Below, piece after piece: positions 39,298-53,057 of a stretch of 64,000 bases of DNA. Both the position numbers and the translations under genes were made by a program. The DNA comes from Moniliella sp. 'wahieum'. Taxonomy: Eukaryota. The stretch's first letter is position 1. Every line of letters starts with the position of its first letter. Where the stretch lies: the NCBI GenBank assembly GCA_003971905.1, contig RSEE01000017.1:1-64000 (forward strand), written 5' to 3'. The notes under the pieces are model-generated. The model saw nothing but the letters and a program-made list of their open reading frames with translations. It made no database searches and had not been told where the DNA came from.

Positions 39298-40220
39298 GGC
39301 GGTGCAGCGAGCGCGAGAAGCGGCGGAGGAGGAGGACTGGAGCAGGGCAAGCGGCGCAGCTGGCTGGTGTTGTTGGCCAAGGGGAGAGGGGAGCACACAG
39401 GACACAGCCTCCCTCGCCTGTCCATCAATCCTCGCTGATTGCCCCTGTCGATGACGTCGATCGTTGACGAGCCACCGCCACGTCAGCGCGTGATTGGTGT
39501 GATGATAAGAGTGGCATCTGAAGTTGGGATGTCACATCACATGTGCCGAAGCGACAAGCATACGAAGCACCGTGGCTGCTCACCGAATCCCAGGGCCAGC
39601 TGAGCGCCCCACTCTGGCGCAGGCCCAGCTGCTTCCCGCCATATATACCCCAGCCTCCTTGCTCCGTTCATCAGCGTGTTGCCACTCGGTTCGGTGCGAG
39701 CCTTCAAGCACGCGCAGCTCTGGCCGGGATGGCGAGCAGGCTACATCAGTTGTTGTATTCCCCCTCTACCGCCGGCGCAGCCCAAGCCAATCCTCCCTCT
39801 CGCTCGCGTGCCACCTCTTTCGCCTTATTGCGCCTGTTGCCGGCTCACCCTGGTACTATGTGGCTAGCTGCGCCCCCATCGACGCTTCTTCCAAAACCCA
39901 TTTTACTTGTTCTTCTCAGCGACGATGCCCCCCCCTCGGCCACGCCTGCAGAGAAGAAAGCACGTGCCCAAACCACAAGACGGGCCTGGTGCGCCCACCC
40001 ATGCGACCATCCCCCCCAAGGGCCCAACCGCTCGCGACCAGCCGTCCTTCTTCCGCTGGCAAGGCATCTTGTCCAGGAACGAGCGCTGCCATGCCCCCCA
40101 TGGTGCGTTGGATGCGCTGCCCACGCTCGTTCCGCACGGAACATGGTGGAGGAGGCTGAGGCTACAAGGAACTGACAGAGTAGATGCGGGAGGAATGTGT
40201 GTTGGAACAAACGAATGTCG

Positions 40221-40270
40221 TGGTTGTGGTTGTGGTTTGGTTGTGGTTGTGGTTGTGGTTGTGGTTGTGG
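40221..40270. repeat. (GGTTGT)n microsatellite
   Basis: Directly visible, imperfect. Confidence 0.85.
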
Positions 40271-41028
40271 ATTGCGATCGGCGTCGGAGTGGCACAGTGC
40301 CCGCTGTGGTGGCCACGGTCCCCAGCGCGAGCTCAAAGCACTGCAGACGACAACAAAAGCAAGGCGGATGTGCCAAGGTGGAAGAGACTGGTATGCGAGA
40401 TGTACAGATTGAACCTGCTGCAGAGGAAGAGGCTGGCGCGCTGAGCCACCCAACACAACGTTGATCCTGGCGAATGAGTACCTGTCTTTGCTCGCTGTCA
40501 AGAAAAACGTCTCGCCAGGACGCAAGCAGACGGTGCGTCACGGCGACGCTGTTGATCCCGACGCGTCTACTACCATGCCAGCTGACCAAACGGCGTCCGA
40601 GGCTGGGGACTGGCACTACGTCATCGTCAGGTCAAGAGGAAAAGGACATGGCGGTGGAGCCAATGGACACAGACGGTCTGCTTTGTTCGATTGGAACGGG
40701 CGAGCGGGAGTATGGAATGGGCGAGAGAAAAAAGGCAGTGGGGAGGGGTGAATTTCAAGGCGGGCGGGAGGCGTGTGTTCGGAGGAGACCGGAGGCGGGT
40801 GGCGCCGGGTGGGACGAGGCGGGGCGGGCGCTGGGCTGGCATCTGGCGATTGGGCGCTGCGACGAACAGCACACAGGCCCCTGGACGTCGAGCAGCCAGG
40901 GTTAGTTTTCCAGTTGTGTGCGAGCGGTGGCGGTGGCTTTTCTCCCGGGTGCTCTTCCGAAAACGTCATTTGTGTCGCCTGTCTGATCTTTTTCCCCCCG
41001 TTCCCACCACCACGCGCTGCCTCCGCGC

Positions 41029-44000
41029 CATGGCCGCCTCCCCCTCGGCCTCCGCGCCGCCCCACCACCGACCCCGCTCCTGCCCCTGCCATGCCCGCCC
41101 GCCGCCCAGCATCCACCACACCCTGTAACGCCCACACCCACCCGACAGCCACCACGACGACGACGACAACGACGACGACGACCAGCGCGGGCCTCCCGCC
41201 ACCTTCCTCTTCCCGGCGTGACTCCGACCGCCCGCTTTGGCCCCGCCGTCCAGCGCGCCCGCTTTCTCTCTCGCCTCGCTCCGCCACGCCCCCAGCCTGC
41301 CCACCTTCCACCCCGCCACGCCCACGCACCCCTCCCACCCCGCCCGCGCCCCCTCGGTCTCTGGCTCTGCCTCTGTTCGCCGCGGCCTGCCGTACATTGC
41401 CTCTGCGCCGCCCCACAGCCCCACCGCACCGCCGACGCCCGCGCCCGCGCGCCGCGCCACCGAGCCCACCCCCTCGCCGGTCCCGCCCATCTCGACAAGT
41501 GGCTCGCCGTCTTTTCGCCGCTTGCGCCGAGCCGCATCCCGCCGCTGCGTCGGGCGCGCCAGCGACCGAGGCCGACACGGTGCTGCTGCCGCTCTGCGTG
41601 TCGTACGAGCAACAAGTCGCCTCGCTCGCCCAGGCGCTTGGCCTGGCCGACGACCTCGTCCCACGCACCCACCTCCTCCTGCCCCCTCTAGCTCCACCTC
41701 CCCCGAGCCTAAGCGGGTCAACGCACGTGTCCCGCCCTGCAGCTGGCCTGCGCTCATTGCTTCCTACCAGCGTCCGCCGCCTACCACGTCCCCCACCACC
41801 GATCGCCCTCACTGTGCTCTACCGCTTGCCGGCCGAGTGCCGCGTTCCACCTTCGCCACCGCCGTCTCCGCCGGCCCAGCGGCCCGCAGTGCCGCCCGAG
41901 GCTCGGCTCTGCGCTTGTTGTGCGTCCCACCCGCACACCCACGCCACGCCCACGTCCCCTCGCCCCTGCGCGCCGAGAGCGCTGGTGCGCCCCGCCTGGC
42001 GCCCGTTGCCGCCGTATCTCACTCAGAGAGGAGAGGAGGCCTCGAGCCAGCTTCTCTGCCGCGTTGCACCTGTGCCCTCTGACCCGGTCGGCCGTACCTC
42101 GCGCTGGGTCGCCGGGCACAGTGTGACTGGCAGTGGAGCTGGCACGCCCGGCGCAGGGGGAATGAGCCTTCTGCCGCCCGTACGCGGACCGGGGCGACCG
42201 AAGCGACTGCCGCCCACCTCTCGTCCCACCCTACTTCGCGTCTGCACCACCCCGTTCCCGCCCCCCCTCTGCGCCCGGTCGCCGCTCGCCTTCCGTCCAG
42301 GGGTGGGATTCCGGACAAGGCATGAGTCCGCGCGCGCGCGCGATCGCCACAACCATCGCCGTGGGCGGGATTATGAATGTGCCGCGGGCCAAGCATCGCT
42401 CGCGTACCTCCCTCCCCGCTCGCCCTTTCCCCAAGACGAAGACGAAGCGGTGGCGACCACTCTGCCTCCGCCGCTGGACGGCGCAGCCCAGACCAAGGAC
42501 GATCCCGATGCCGCGTTTTCCCAACGCGACTTGCGCGCTTACCCTCGAGGCACGGCTCTACGGCCAGGCCAACGTCTTGTCAGACGACGAACGCGCTTCG
42601 TTGGAAGATCGGTGCCTGCCTCGAGAGAGCGGGAGCGGGAGCGAGAACGAGAACGAGACCGCATGTCGCCGCCGCCGCCGCTGCCCGAGTACCACTTTGG
42701 CCAGTCGCTGTCTATTCTCCGGAATCCGAGCTGCCGCTGGGTGTGGGCACGATGGTGGCATGGGTGGCATGGGGGTATGGGCGCAATGGGCGCTCATCGA
42801 CTGCGGTCGGACCTGTACCCCCTTCCCGTGGATGGAAGGAGCTGGACCGCTGGGCGGCCCCCAGCGCACTGGACAGTGTCTACGAGGGCACCTATGGCAC
42901 ATCCGAGGTGTATGGGGAAGATGCGTCGGACAATTCCGAGCGAGACGTAGTGTTGCCCGGACAAGAGCCGGACCTGCGCTGGGCGCACAGTCCCGGGCCC
43001 TCGTTTACCCGCCGATCCACTTTTTCTCGCGGCTCGCACCGCTCCCTGCGCTCGCCCGTGGCTTCGTTGGGCTACCGCAGCCAGCGCTCGGGGGCAAATC
43101 GGCCCAGTCGGCCGGCCCAAGTCATGGCAGCCGGGGCCCGTCGAGTGTAGGCCCCGGATGGGCAGTACGCGTTCGTTCCCCTCTGGAGCCAGTGGCGGAT
43201 TTTCAACGGGCCACCCGTCCGTCCCCTCTGCGCCGTCTTACCCTTCTCACCACTCTTCTGTCCACACCGCTGCCCGCAGCCCGTCCCACCACTCGCCGCT
43301 GTACGGTGTGGCGTCGCAAGGCGTCTCGCAGCTCTCTCTTTCGTCGCAGCACCTTTCTGAGCCGGTGGTGCAAACCACATCGCCTTCGCCCCCTGCTTCT
43401 TCGCCTCGGTCTGGCACGCGGCTCAGTCCCGCGCATGGGTTTTCCCACCCCGACCAGCTGGACCAGTTGGGAGCAGTACCCCGACTCGATGCCGATCCCG
43501 CCGCACCCGACGTCGCACGCCTACGGCCTCGGACTGGAGTACCTCGATATGGACGAGCCTGCCGAGACGGCACCGAGTGTCGGGCCCAGTCTGAGCGCTA
43601 GCGTTGTCGATTCGCCCCCTTGCCTTCGTTCCGCCTCGGCCGACCGCTGAGCCTCAGCTTAGCCCCGCCGGTCGACCTGGACCTGCGCCTACCGAGCCCG
43701 AGGGCCCGATCGCAGGTCGCTCGCGCGGTCTGACTATGAGTTCCTATGCCTCGGGCACCAGTACCACGAAGGCGCCCAGTGACCGCACACACCATGCAGT
43801 GTTTGTGTAACCGTGACGCGTGATGTGTGGTGCAGCAGACCGTTCGGGCTGGTCTGCTGCACCCGATTTGATTGTTGCCTGCCTTTCTATGCCCCACGAC
43901 TGGATATGCCCCCCCTCCCCCTTCGAAAGCTCGTCTGGCCTGGCTGGCTCGGGGCGCGCACAAGCCCCCGACCAGCTAGGCTACGTTGGCCCGACGAGAG

Positions 44001-44184
44001 CTTTCGTGGCTGTGGCGGTCCTCCCACGACGTGTTATTACATTCCCCCGGGACCGTCCAGCCGACGTACCCCACTCTGTCCCCCTGTGCCTACGCGGTGC
44101 CAGTGGCGCTGGGACAGCCGACAGAGCACGAAATTCATCTGCGCTTGCCGCTCGGAAGAGCAGCGGGTTAACCGCACCCCATAG
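41029..44184 (+). CDS. Hypothetical Pro/Ser-rich protein
   Basis: Overlapping long ORFs with GC-rich coding-like composition; ordered segments such as VLLPLCVSYEQQVASLAQALGL; no family recognised. Confidence 0.5.
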
Positions 44185-44442
44185 CAACCAGCAGCCTACT
44201 AGTAGCGCGCAACCCGCTGCGGCCCACCCCACACAAACACGTGGCTGGCAGAACCCAAGCGCCGAAGCGCCGCGTGCTGACATAAGCACCAACCCTACCC
44301 CCCAGTCAGGTCGGGGCTCGCGAGGACTCTCCACGTCAGCGCGTCTTCGGGCGGGGGCATGGCGGCTGGGCGAGCGGCGCGGCGACGCCAAGCGGACGAG
44401 GTGGGTTGGCTCTGCGCGACCACCTCCGCTCGCTCTGCCGCC

Positions 44443-47011
44443 ATGCTCGAGCTGAACCGGCGCATTGTCGCCCGCTCCGACCGCGTCAAGGCGCTCGACT
44501 TCCACCCGACCGAGCCCTGGGTCCTGGCTGCGCTGTACAATGGCACGGTGCAGATCACCAACTACACGACGGGAGCGCTGGTCAAGTCGTTTGATGTGGC
44601 GCCTGTGCCGGTGCGCACGGCCAAGTTCGTCGCGCGCAAGCATTGGTTTGTGGCGGGTGCAGATGACCACCAGTTGCGCGTGTTCAACTACAACACGTCG
44701 GAGAAGGTGGTGCAGTTTGAGGCGCACCCGGACTACATCCGCACGCTTGCCGTGCACCCCACCCTGCCCTTTATCCTGACTGGCAGCGACGACATGTCCA
44801 TCCGGCTGTTGACTGGGACAAGAACTGGAAGCACGTGCAGACGTTTGAGGGCCACACGCATTACATTATGCACCTTGTGTTCAACCCAAGGACTCGAACA
44901 CGTTTGCCTCGGCCTCGATCGACCGCACAGTCAAGGGTGGACGATTGGTGCCGGCCTCGGGCCGAGCGGCATCACCACCCCAACTATACCCTCGAAGCGC
45001 ACGAGCGTGGGGTCAACTACGTCGACTACTACCCTGGCAGCGACAAGCCCTACCTCATCACCTGTTCGGACGACAAGACGATCAAAGTATGGGACTACTG
45101 ACCAAGTCGTGCGTGCAGACGCTCGAAGGCCATGCGTTCAACGCTCCTTTGCCATCTACCATCCAGTCTGCCCGTGCTCATTTCGGGCGGGGAAGACGGC
45201 ACGGTGCGCGTGTGGGACAGCACGACGTACCGGACAGAAAGTTTGTTGGACTATGGTCTGGAGCGGTGCTGGTGCGCAGCGGTGAGAAAGGCGAGCAACG
45301 ACGTGGCTTGGGTACGACAATGGCTGGTCGTGGTCAAGCTGGGCAAGGAGGAACCGGTGGTGAGCATGGACCAGGCAGGCAAGGTGATCTATGCCAAGAA
45401 CCTCGAGATTCACAGTGCCAACGTGGGCGCGCTAGCGGACGAGACGGCATCGGATGGCCAGGCGCTTATTGTGCCACGCGCGAACTGGGCCACTTGGAGT
45501 CGTACGCACAAGCGCTGCACCATTCGCCCAACGGCCGCTTCGTTACCGCGTCGGGACGGCGAGAACGTTGTCTACACGCGTTGGCCTGGCGCAACAAAGC
45601 GTTCGGTCCGGGCTCGGCCTTTGCCTGGTCCCACGACTCGACCACGTATGCGGTCAAGACGGACGATACGAGCGTCAAGGTATACCGCAACTTTAAAGAG
45701 CGCGGGACGTTCTTATCGTTGGGTGCGTGACCACCGTTTCGGCGGGGCTCTGCTGGCCGTGGTCGGGGATGGGTTTGTGTGCTTTACGATTGGGATTCGG
45801 GTGCGGGTGCGGCGGATTGATGTTGAGGCGAAGCAGGTCGCTTGGTCCCGTTCAGGCGAGCTGGTGAGCATCGTTGGTGACGACTCGTTCTATGTACTGC
45901 GCTAAACCCGGCGGCCTTGGAGGCCGCCTTGGCCTCGGCGCAAACCCTGCCGACTTGGGCGACGAAGGGGTGGAGGACAGCTTGGACGTGGTGGCCGAGG
46001 TTAACGATCCTGTCCGCTCCGCCAAGTGGACGGAAGAGTGCTTACTCTACACCACCACCAACAACAAGCTTCACATACCTCGTCGGCGACCAAACGTACA
46101 CAATCAGTCATACCGATACGTACGTCTTCCTTTGTCCATTTGTTTTGCTTGGTCCCTCTCTCTTTTTGTTCTGAGACTAACCTGTTTCTTCCTTCCCTGC
46201 TTTCCCCCTGTCTTCTTCCTGAAGCGAGCTTTACATCTGGGCTATACTTGCCCACCACAGCCGCGTGTAGTGGTGGGCAAAGACCTGACAATCTACAGCT
46301 ATGCCTTGTCGTCGCCATGGTCCAATACCAAAACTGGTCTCCAAGGCGACAAGGACGCAGCCGCCGAACTGCTGCACGACATTCCTCGACCAAACTCAAC
46401 CGCGTAGCCCGTTCCTCGAGGGGCACGGCGAGGGAGCGCGCTGTCGGTGGCGCAAGATCCGGACCAGCGGTTCGAATTGGCCATCAACCTCAACCAACTC
46501 GAGGTGGCGCTCAACATTGCGCGTGCCGAGCCGGCGGGGCAGCGAGGCGCACTGGCGCACGCTGGGAGACAAAGCGCTGGCCCAATGGGACTTGAACTTG
46601 GCGCAAGAATGCTTTAGCAATGCGGGCGATGTGTCGGCGCTGTTGTTACTAGCGGTGGCCAAGGGGGACCGTGCGCTGCTAAGCACCGTTGCCGAGCTGG
46701 CGCAAGAAAAGCAGCTGACCAACGTTGCCTTTTCGGCCCTGCTTCAATTGGGCGACGTGGACGGGTGCATTGCGTTGCTGCAAGGTGCCGAGCGCACGGC
46801 CGAGGCAGCGCTGTTTGCACGCACGTATGCGCCCTCGCGCGTGCCTGCCGTCGTGGAAGCATGGAAGGCCGAGCTGGCCAGCACCAAACGCGCCAAACAA
46901 ACCGTCTTGGCCCAAGGCCTGGCCAACCCGGCCGAGGACCCCGACCTGTTCCCCGAGGGGTGGCAGCACGCTCTGTCGTTGGAACCACCGGCATTGGGAA
47001 CGGGACCCTGA
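44443..47011 (+). CDS. SEC27: Coatomer beta' subunit (COPI)
   Basis: [110 protein letters not shown]. Confidence 0.97.
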
Positions 47012-47659
47012 GGCCTGAGGGCCTGAGCCTCAGGCGGGCCGCCCTTGGCTTGGTCCTTCGACGACTCTCTTCCTACTTAGTAATTCCTGCGGCCTTGCGT
47101 TGTCTGTACCCCCTTCCAAAACATGCCATCTGTTCCCCCTTGTACCTCCTCTCAGATCTCATCCGCCCCTCCCGGCATGTATAGAGCAGCGCTACGCCTT
47201 ACATCTGTAACGGAGCTGACGACATCGTACACGCTACCAGAACAAACCACGAGACGAACATGAGGTGTAGTGTGATGAATTGCGCAACTATGTACCATGG
47301 TTGGGCCGCGCTTTTTGCGGGTGGTACGCCAGAAGGAGGGCAAAGGAAAGAGGGACGTACCAGTGTAGATTCGCTGTGAGAGCGCGCGTGTAGCAAGCAA
47401 CTCGGGACAGAAAAGGCTGTGCAACCAACAAGAAGAGCAATGGTCAGCATTCTGATTTTGTTCCATTCGGGCCCCGACAAGCCAGGGGAGGTGGATGGGT
47501 CAGGAAGACTAATCAAAAGAGGATCATAGCCCTTGGCTCAAACGAAAGATGTAATGTTACTCATCAGAGAGAGTGGGTGGGAAGATGGTACTCACGTCTT
47601 GTCGTGCCCGAGGCAGACACCAGGAAGGGACGAGGGAGTCGTCAGCCAGAGGGATGCAC

Positions 47660-48850
47660 CGCCGTGGCGCGAGTCTGGTAGCGTAGCGCAGGGCTGGTCA
47701 GCAAAACAGCTCGGTAGGGCTGGGGTAAGGAGGATCAGGCATAAAAGCGAAAAATGTTGTATCCATGTTGCCGTGCAAAAGGCGGTCATGTAATCGAACC
47801 AAAAGCATCATGTCCGCATCAGGAGCAGCGTGCGACTTACCCAAGATGTGGGGCTGGAGGGGACGGGCGGGTGGCGGTGGCGGTGGTGGAGGAGGGGGAG
47901 GAGCTGAAAGAGAAGAGCACAGGTGGTGGTTTGAATCAACAAGCATTGCTTCTCGAAGCGCGCTTGAAAAAGGAAAAATCTTCGCGCCGCTTACCTCAGC
48001 TGCACAGCACCCAAATGTGGAGGCCGGCGTGGGAAGCCAAACGTTCAAATTGCAAAGTGCGGCGTTGGCTGGAGGTTTCAACTTGCAACTTGCAACTTTC
48101 ACCTGGACCGCCTAAGCAAGTGGCGACCGCCCAACCAGTTGTGCTACTTGCCATATGAGGAGAAGTATATCTTGGAACGGAGAAGTATATCTTGGAACGG
48201 CCGTCGTGATCCAAAAAGAACCCACAGGTGTGTATATGCTTCCTATACCTCCGGTTTGAGAAACAGTTTGGCAATCCCCAAGATGCCAGAGGAAGATACC
48301 GGGTTGGACAAAAGGAGAAGCCAATATGAGGAGCAGCTCGCACAACTGGCGATGGCCCAGACTTCGATACTTGGTTTTTGACTTAGTACGCCGCCAAAAA
48401 CTCGAGGAGGAGAGAAATGTACGAGCGTTCTATTGTCCATCATGTACCGTCCACCAATAAAAGAGGCATTGGCGACGATACCTCTTTCTCTAGCACGCAT
48501 ACGCCTTGAGTTGTTTGAAGAGGCCGGCGCTCGTGACCAGGATCGGGGGCGCGAAAAGCGTATGCATGAAGGCAATCGCTCTGGTTCCGCATTGGGAATG
48601 CACGTTGGCCGACTCTGCAGTGGCTCCTGTTTTTGCTTTTTGTATGCGTGTCGCAAGGACCGTCACTTTCAAAGAAAGGTGCTTTCATCCCCATCTTTCC
48701 CTAAAAGAATATATGTTCGTGCGCGGGTCAAAATCTCTCGGATGGGACGAAATCGACCGTCAGCAGTGGGTCCAATTTGACGAACTGGAACAAACTCTGT
48801 GGGAGGATGAGCGGGGACAGTACGAAAGCTATATGCAAGTGATGACAGTC
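47660..48850 (+). pseudogene. CLF1: Decayed CLF1/SYF3 (crooked neck, HAT-repeat splicing factor) pseudogene
   Basis: Colinear motifs across frames: KYILER, YASYT, RFEKQFG (~48255), KRRSQYEEQL (48310-48339), DTWF, EMYERSI, RHWRRYLFL* (TAG where Trp is expected), FEE..ARDQDRGR, KAIALVPH, WVQFDELE; many substitutions and indels. Confidence 0.8.
48161..48200. repeat. Perfect 20-bp tandem duplication inside the CLF1 relic
   Basis: agaagtatatcttggaacgg twice. Confidence 0.95.
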
Positions 48851-48897
48851 ATCGTAATGTATCGTATTGTCCAACCCGGGCGGGCTATTGTTCAGAG

Positions 48898-50297
48898 TCA
48901 ATGCAAGTGGGGAACTGGGGCGTATGAGTTTCCCTCTTTGGTGTGAGATCCAGAGGGATAGGTGTAAGTGGGGTAAGTGGGGTATGCTTGGGCAGCCCTG
49001 GCGGCGGGAGGCGCGGGCGTCTTGATAGGGTTGTCTTGCATCGGTCTGGTCAACGGAGCGCCAGAAGGTTCGGCCGACTGTACCTGGCTTGCACTGGTTT
49101 CTGGCAAGACTGTGGAAGTAAACGATTCCCGGCCGGAAGATCGTGATGCGTGACGTGCAATGTCAGGCACCCCAGGTACTGGTTCGATCCGGGAACGAGG
49201 AGCTTCGGCTGCGTCGCGACGGGTACCACCGCTTCACTGTTGGGTCCGCCCTCGGGGTTCGGGGTCGCAAAAGGGGTTCTCCGTCGAGGGTTGGATTGGC
49301 ACAGCCAGTCTGTCATCAGAAGCCCAATGGGAAGAGGGGAGCACTTCACGACTTGCACGCTTTGTGCTCCCAAGAAGGTACCCAGCAGCAGCATCCTCAC
49401 TATCTGCACCCGGATCGTACCGAGTAGTGGTTTCCGGTTGACATTGTGTGCCGTGGAAAGGAAGCCAACCAGTTTGGCGGGCCCGATTGCGCTTGCGCCG
49501 GAGCAGAAGACATGCAACCAAAAACAGCACAATGAGGCCCGCAATGCCGCCGATAATGCCACCAACGATGGAAGCTGTCAAAGCAGGAGCGGTTAGTATC
49601 ATGGAGAAGGGAAGCAAAAAACATGGGTCGGTATGCATATAAGGTCGGAACGCACCTGCATGGTTCGAATCCCGGTGGGTGTGTAGTGGCCGAGGAGGAT
49701 GCGGACGAATTAGAGGAGTGTGTACCGGACGAGACGCTCGTAGTTGAAATGGGGTAAGACGAAGCTGTTCTCGTGACTGTGGTACTAATCGAATTGGGCG
49801 AAGTAGTGTGGGTAGATGATGCGCCGGTCGAGCTGGACAAAACGGTAGGGGCAGTACTACTGGTCAATCGAGACACGACAGAGGCCATGGAAGTGGGCGA
49901 TAACGCGCGCTGGACAGAGCCTGTGACAAAGATGATGCGATTGCGTTGGAAGGGAAACCGCTGCCAACAAGAGCTGATTCCATGGAAGCCAAGTCGCTGT
50001 ACGATGAGAGTAGGGGATACTCGGACAATAACGAAGATAATGCGGAGCTGGCTGCTCCACCTGAAGGTTCACTCATCGCCGTCAACTGAGGTACGCCCGC
50101 TGGCTTGTGGCGGGCGCGGTGGGTGATGCAAAGGCGTTGTGCCCAGTCGCCGGGTTGACCACCGGCCCTGCTGCTGATGCGCTCGGAAGCGGGCCCTGAG
50201 ATGCGGCAGATGGAGTGTCAATGGCGCCGGTGCTGCCAAGCGGCTGCGATGGTGGCAATTCCTGGCGCAGGGCCAGAATGCCGGCGTGCAAGGTCAT
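48898..50297 (-). CDS. Ser/Thr-rich single-pass membrane protein (Mid2/Wsc-like architecture)
   Basis: S/T-rich ectodomain, TM ASIVGGIIGGIAGLIVLFLVACLLL followed by RRKR, cytoplasmic tail with ENPF. Confidence 0.65.
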
Positions 50298-51149
50298 GGT
50301 GGGGTATGGCGGAGGCCGATGGGGATGAAGGGACTGAAGAACTTGCAGGTGACGACTATGCGGGTGGCGGTGGCGGTGGCGGTGGTGGGGCGGGCTGCAA
50401 TCTCTCCCCTGTGTGGCCACAAAAGTATAATAGGTCGGCCGGCATCGGACCTCCGGCGACAGCTGATGCTATGTTGTGGGCGCGGCCGCCAATGAGCGGA
50501 ATAATGCATTGGACAGAAGATGGATTCCCTGGTGCCTGCGTGGGGACCCTACCCCTTGTCCGTCCCTGCCATTCGGACCGGTGTGGTCGATGCTCGATGA
50601 TGCCTTAAATGTGGTGTTCCATACAACCTCTCAGCCGGTTTTGCCTCCGTATGCCCCTCTTCACGACCTTGTTTGTTAGTTGTAAGGGCAACAATATACG
50701 CGAGGAGAAGAGGTGCATACTTTTGGTTTTAGGCTCGCTCCTGCCCCTTAACTTTGGTTTGGGTCCGCCTACTAATATGTGAAAAGCAGCACTCTTATCG
50801 AACTTATCCCGCATCGGGAGCTGCCTCGGCAACCCCCTTCCTCCCAGGGGCCCTCTTCCTAGAGGCCGAGGGGCCCGGATCCAGAGCTCAACAAGCTCGT
50901 CTGTACGACCTTCCTCCACTGCCGCGCTCGCTTGGCACAATCGGCAGTTCATCCTCTCTCTCTCCCCTTTACAGAACACGTAAGTTTGAGTGTCCGACGT
51001 GTCATCCGATTCACAGTGCATGAGCCTACGCATGGTTCGTGCCTCAACGTTCAACCTACGCCGCTCTCATTGGGTGCGCGGTTCCCGTTTGGCTTGGGGT
51101 TCGTACAGCGTCGCAAAGAGCCGAGGGGAAGCGGCCCAGTGCAACACTG

Positions 51150-53057
51150 CTACCGCCGAGTCCAATTGGTGTGGGCGTTTGTGGAGAAGAGTTGGGCAAC
51201 GCTGAGCAACCGGTAGGCATAGTGGTTATCCTTGTCGGCCACATTGGGCTTGGTCAAGCCCTTGGCGCGCAACAACTTTTGTAGCAAATATTGCAGCCAC
51301 AACACCGAAGTGGACGGGTGTGTGGCGCTGCCATTGGTCGCCGGTCGCCTTGCGCATTTGACGGTACACACTAAATTGCTCGTCGCCTTGTCCGACAAAC
51401 AGGTCTGGGTCGCCGGACAAGTCAGAAAATAGGATGGGAGCTTCGGGCAGGGTCGGGTCGCGTAGCCGCGAAAGGGTAAAGTCAATGATGGTTACTTCCA
51501 CTCCGGCCCAGGCAGGACCACTTGCCTCCCACACAGTGGTGGGCGTCTTGGCAGCAGGCAGCAGAGGCAGAAGGCACCCCGCGTTTGCCTTCACCTCGTG
51601 CGCCCTGGGAACGGACGAGCAAATTGCCCCAGTGCAAGTCACGGTGTTCAAACTCCATCTGGACCTCGGCCGAGGCAAGGAGGCGGACGACTTGCCAAAA
51701 GATCGAGGCTGCTTCGAGCCACGAGGTGAGAGTATGGTGCTCCAAGTCTGTGCCGCCATGCACCAGCTCGAGGACGAGGTAGTGTTGATCCGATCCAAAC
51801 AACTCTGTAGTAAGCCAGTCAAGGTCAGGTGGATGAGGATCCGCACACTTATAGTACAACAGGCGTTGGCTACCGGAGCGGGGACAACAACACAACGTGG
51901 AGAGAGATTAAGAGCTTCTTCTTCGTTGGTCTTCTGGTATTGATACCAACAGTCCATCAATGTAGCCGGGTAGGCGCCCCGAACCACGCGAGCACCGAGC
52001 AAGTCAACAAAGGCCTGTGGGATCTGGATCGGCTTGGAGTGGGGAGAGAAGTAGTGGGGCCCAAGGGTTGAACCATATTGAGCAGATTGGTCACCTTGAC
52101 TTCCCGCAATGCATCTTCCAACTTGGTTTGTTCTGGCAGGGCTTGGTCCGGGTTACCCTTCTTCAAGGCAGCAGGAAAGTGGAGCGGAATCACCTTGAGC
52201 ACTGTTCGCAATTGGCCACGTTGGACCGTGGCAAAAACCTCCGAGTAACTTGCCTCGCCAATTTTAACAATCTCCATGTCAAATCCAGCAACGTAGGGGT
52301 AAAGTCCAAGACACGCGCTTGGCCGCACGTCTTGAGCAACGGAATGAGCTGCTCGGGGGGAGGGGAACGGGTCTTGGTACGAGATTCTGAGTGGGGGTGT
52401 GAGGGTGGGCCCGGGGCTGGCTGGCGGTCGCTTAAGTGGAGCCGGGACATTTCTGCATTGAGAGACTCGGTCTTGGGAGCTTCAGACTGGGGTTGAGATA
52501 ATTGGGGCGTTCGGGAAACGGCAGTGACGGAGGTAAACGTGCGCGTGAGCTTGTCCTCCTGGCGCAATCCTTGGCAGAGGAAGGGCGGCGGCGGGCTGGG
52601 GGCATGGCTTGGATTGCTGCTGGGTAGATCCTGTTATCCCTGGGTCCACAGTCGAGGCATTAGGAGCGACCGAACGGCGGCTGCGGCTGGGGCGGAAAGG
52701 GATGTCCTTTTCGGTGGGCTCGGCGTAGTTGATGTGCTTGAGAGTGGTACGTCGTTAGGGCGGGATGGAGGACGGGGGCATCCTGTACGAGGGGCGTCTG
52801 TTGGGGCATGGGCTTGTCGGATGGGGGCAGTGGGGAAGAGAGGGAGGAGTTGGGATTGCGCTCGAGCAAAGGTCTGGTCGGGGCACGGGTGTGGGTTTGG
52901 GGGGCTTGACGTGCTTGACGTCGGTGGTGGGTTTGGTGGTGGAGTGGGGTGTGTTCTCGTCGGCCACCCCGCTGCGGCCGGCCGCGGCGGGGGACGCGGC
53001 GGTTGTAGCGAGCAGGGGGCGACGGGTGTAGGTCTTTCCGGTGTGGACGCGCATCAT
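51150..53057 (-). CDS. Haspin-family atypical protein kinase
   Basis: KIGEASYSEVF, VLKVIPL, VVRGAYPATLMDCW, FEHRDLHWGNLL, VTIIDFTLSRL, LFVGQGDEQFSVYRQMR, VLWLQYLLQKLL. Confidence 0.93.

Noticed and set aside
39845..40650. ORFs spanning the (GGTTGT)n microsatellite as a gene
   Set aside because: No family recognised and the coding strand is ambiguous
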